The notes below the pieces were generated by a model that saw nothing but the letters and a program-made list of their open reading frames with translations, did not search any database and had not been told where the DNA came from. 64,000 nt of DNA from Bosea sp. (in: a-proteobacteria) (GTDB lineage Bacteria; Pseudomonadota; Alphaproteobacteria; Rhizobiales; Beijerinckiaceae), in assembly GCA_035998995.1 (NCBI GenBank), contig DASYHC010000112.1, positions 18,209 through 82,208 of the forward strand. Reading direction: 5' to 3'. Numbering within the stretch: position 1 is the stretch's first letter; each line of letters opens with the position of its first letter. This document shows, in pieces, positions 63,648 through 64,000 of this stretch. Position numbers and translations under genes: made by a program.

Positions 63648-64000
63648 CTACTCGCCTGCGGCGACTTGAGGCTCTGCCGGCGCCGCGCTGGGCCGCGCCG
63701 TCGCGGCGACCATCTCGCGCACCTTGGCCATCAGATTCTCGCGCGCCATCTCGTAGCCGAGTTCGGTCGCGCTGGCGAACCCGACGGCATCGGTGCCGCC
63801 ATGGCTCTTGATTACGATGCCCTCGAGCCCGAGGAAGACGCCGCCATTGACCTTGCGCGGATCCATCTTGTCCTTCAGCGCGGCGAAGGCACCACGTGCG
63901 AAAAGATAGCCGATTTTCGACATCAGCGAGCGGCCCATCGCCGCCCGCAGGTATTCGCCGATCTGCTTGGCCGTGCCCTCGGCCGTCTTCAGGGCGATGT
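63648..64000 (-). CDS. plsX: phosphate acyltransferase PlsX (C-terminal part; 5' end outside window)
   Basis: ...[32 protein letters not shown]... The frame stays open to the window edge. Confidence 0.85.
   Translation of the reverse strand, partial: IALKTAEGTAKQIGEYLRAAMGRSLMSKIGYLFARGAFAALKDKMDPRKVNGGVFLGLEGIVIKSHGGTDAVGFASATELGYEMARENLMAKVREMVAATARPSAAPAEPQVAAGE

Noticed and set aside
1-64000. CRISPR arrays, rRNA genes and classical IS transposases.
   Set aside because: No regularly spaced direct repeats, no rRNA-like sequence and no DDE or HUH transposase motifs were seen anywhere in the window.

Overview
High-GC alphaproteobacterial chromosome segment. Gene order and the REP-like repeats suggest Hyphomicrobiales (Bradyrhizobiaceae- or Bosea-like), but that is inference only. 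Most of the window is ordinary core and accessory chromosome:
- Housekeeping genes: yidD, folE, hisI, rplM-rpsI, metY, ctaA, ihfA, fabH, plsX.
- A surface-polysaccharide cluster at about 27.1-41.3 kb, interrupted by an ECF sigma/anti-sigma-sorAB sulfite dehydrogenase module and a paired-SMR module.
- An Mhq-like quinone detoxification cluster and a hybrid histidine kinase.
- Several regulatory elements readable by eye: a guanidine-II riboswitch upstream of sugE, EcfG-type promoters, CtrA-type boxes, operator palindromes and three families of REP-like repeats.

The outstanding feature is an 11.2-kb integrative element at 41978-53178, all on the minus strand.
- It is inserted inside the T-loop of the chromosomal tRNA-Pro(GGG) gene and splits that gene into a 58-nt 5' piece and a 26-nt 3' piece that share GAACCT.
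- It has 23-bp imperfect terminal inverted repeats.
- It carries a tightly coupled operon: NTase-fold protein, three tandem large tyrosine recombinases (491/619/675 aa), two small HTH/coiled-coil proteins and a RecD-like helicase. A GNAT-like cargo gene follows.
- It carries two tRNA-Pro genes of its own. Its tRNA-Pro(GGG) lies 48 nt downstream of the truncated host copy and behind the intact host tRNA promoter, which looks like a built-in replacement.
- The architecture resembles GInt/Tn554-type three-recombinase elements. The tRNA disruption with replacement, the extra operon genes and the palindromic core-type ends are the parts I consider potentially new.

No CRISPR array, rRNA gene or classical IS transposase was seen.
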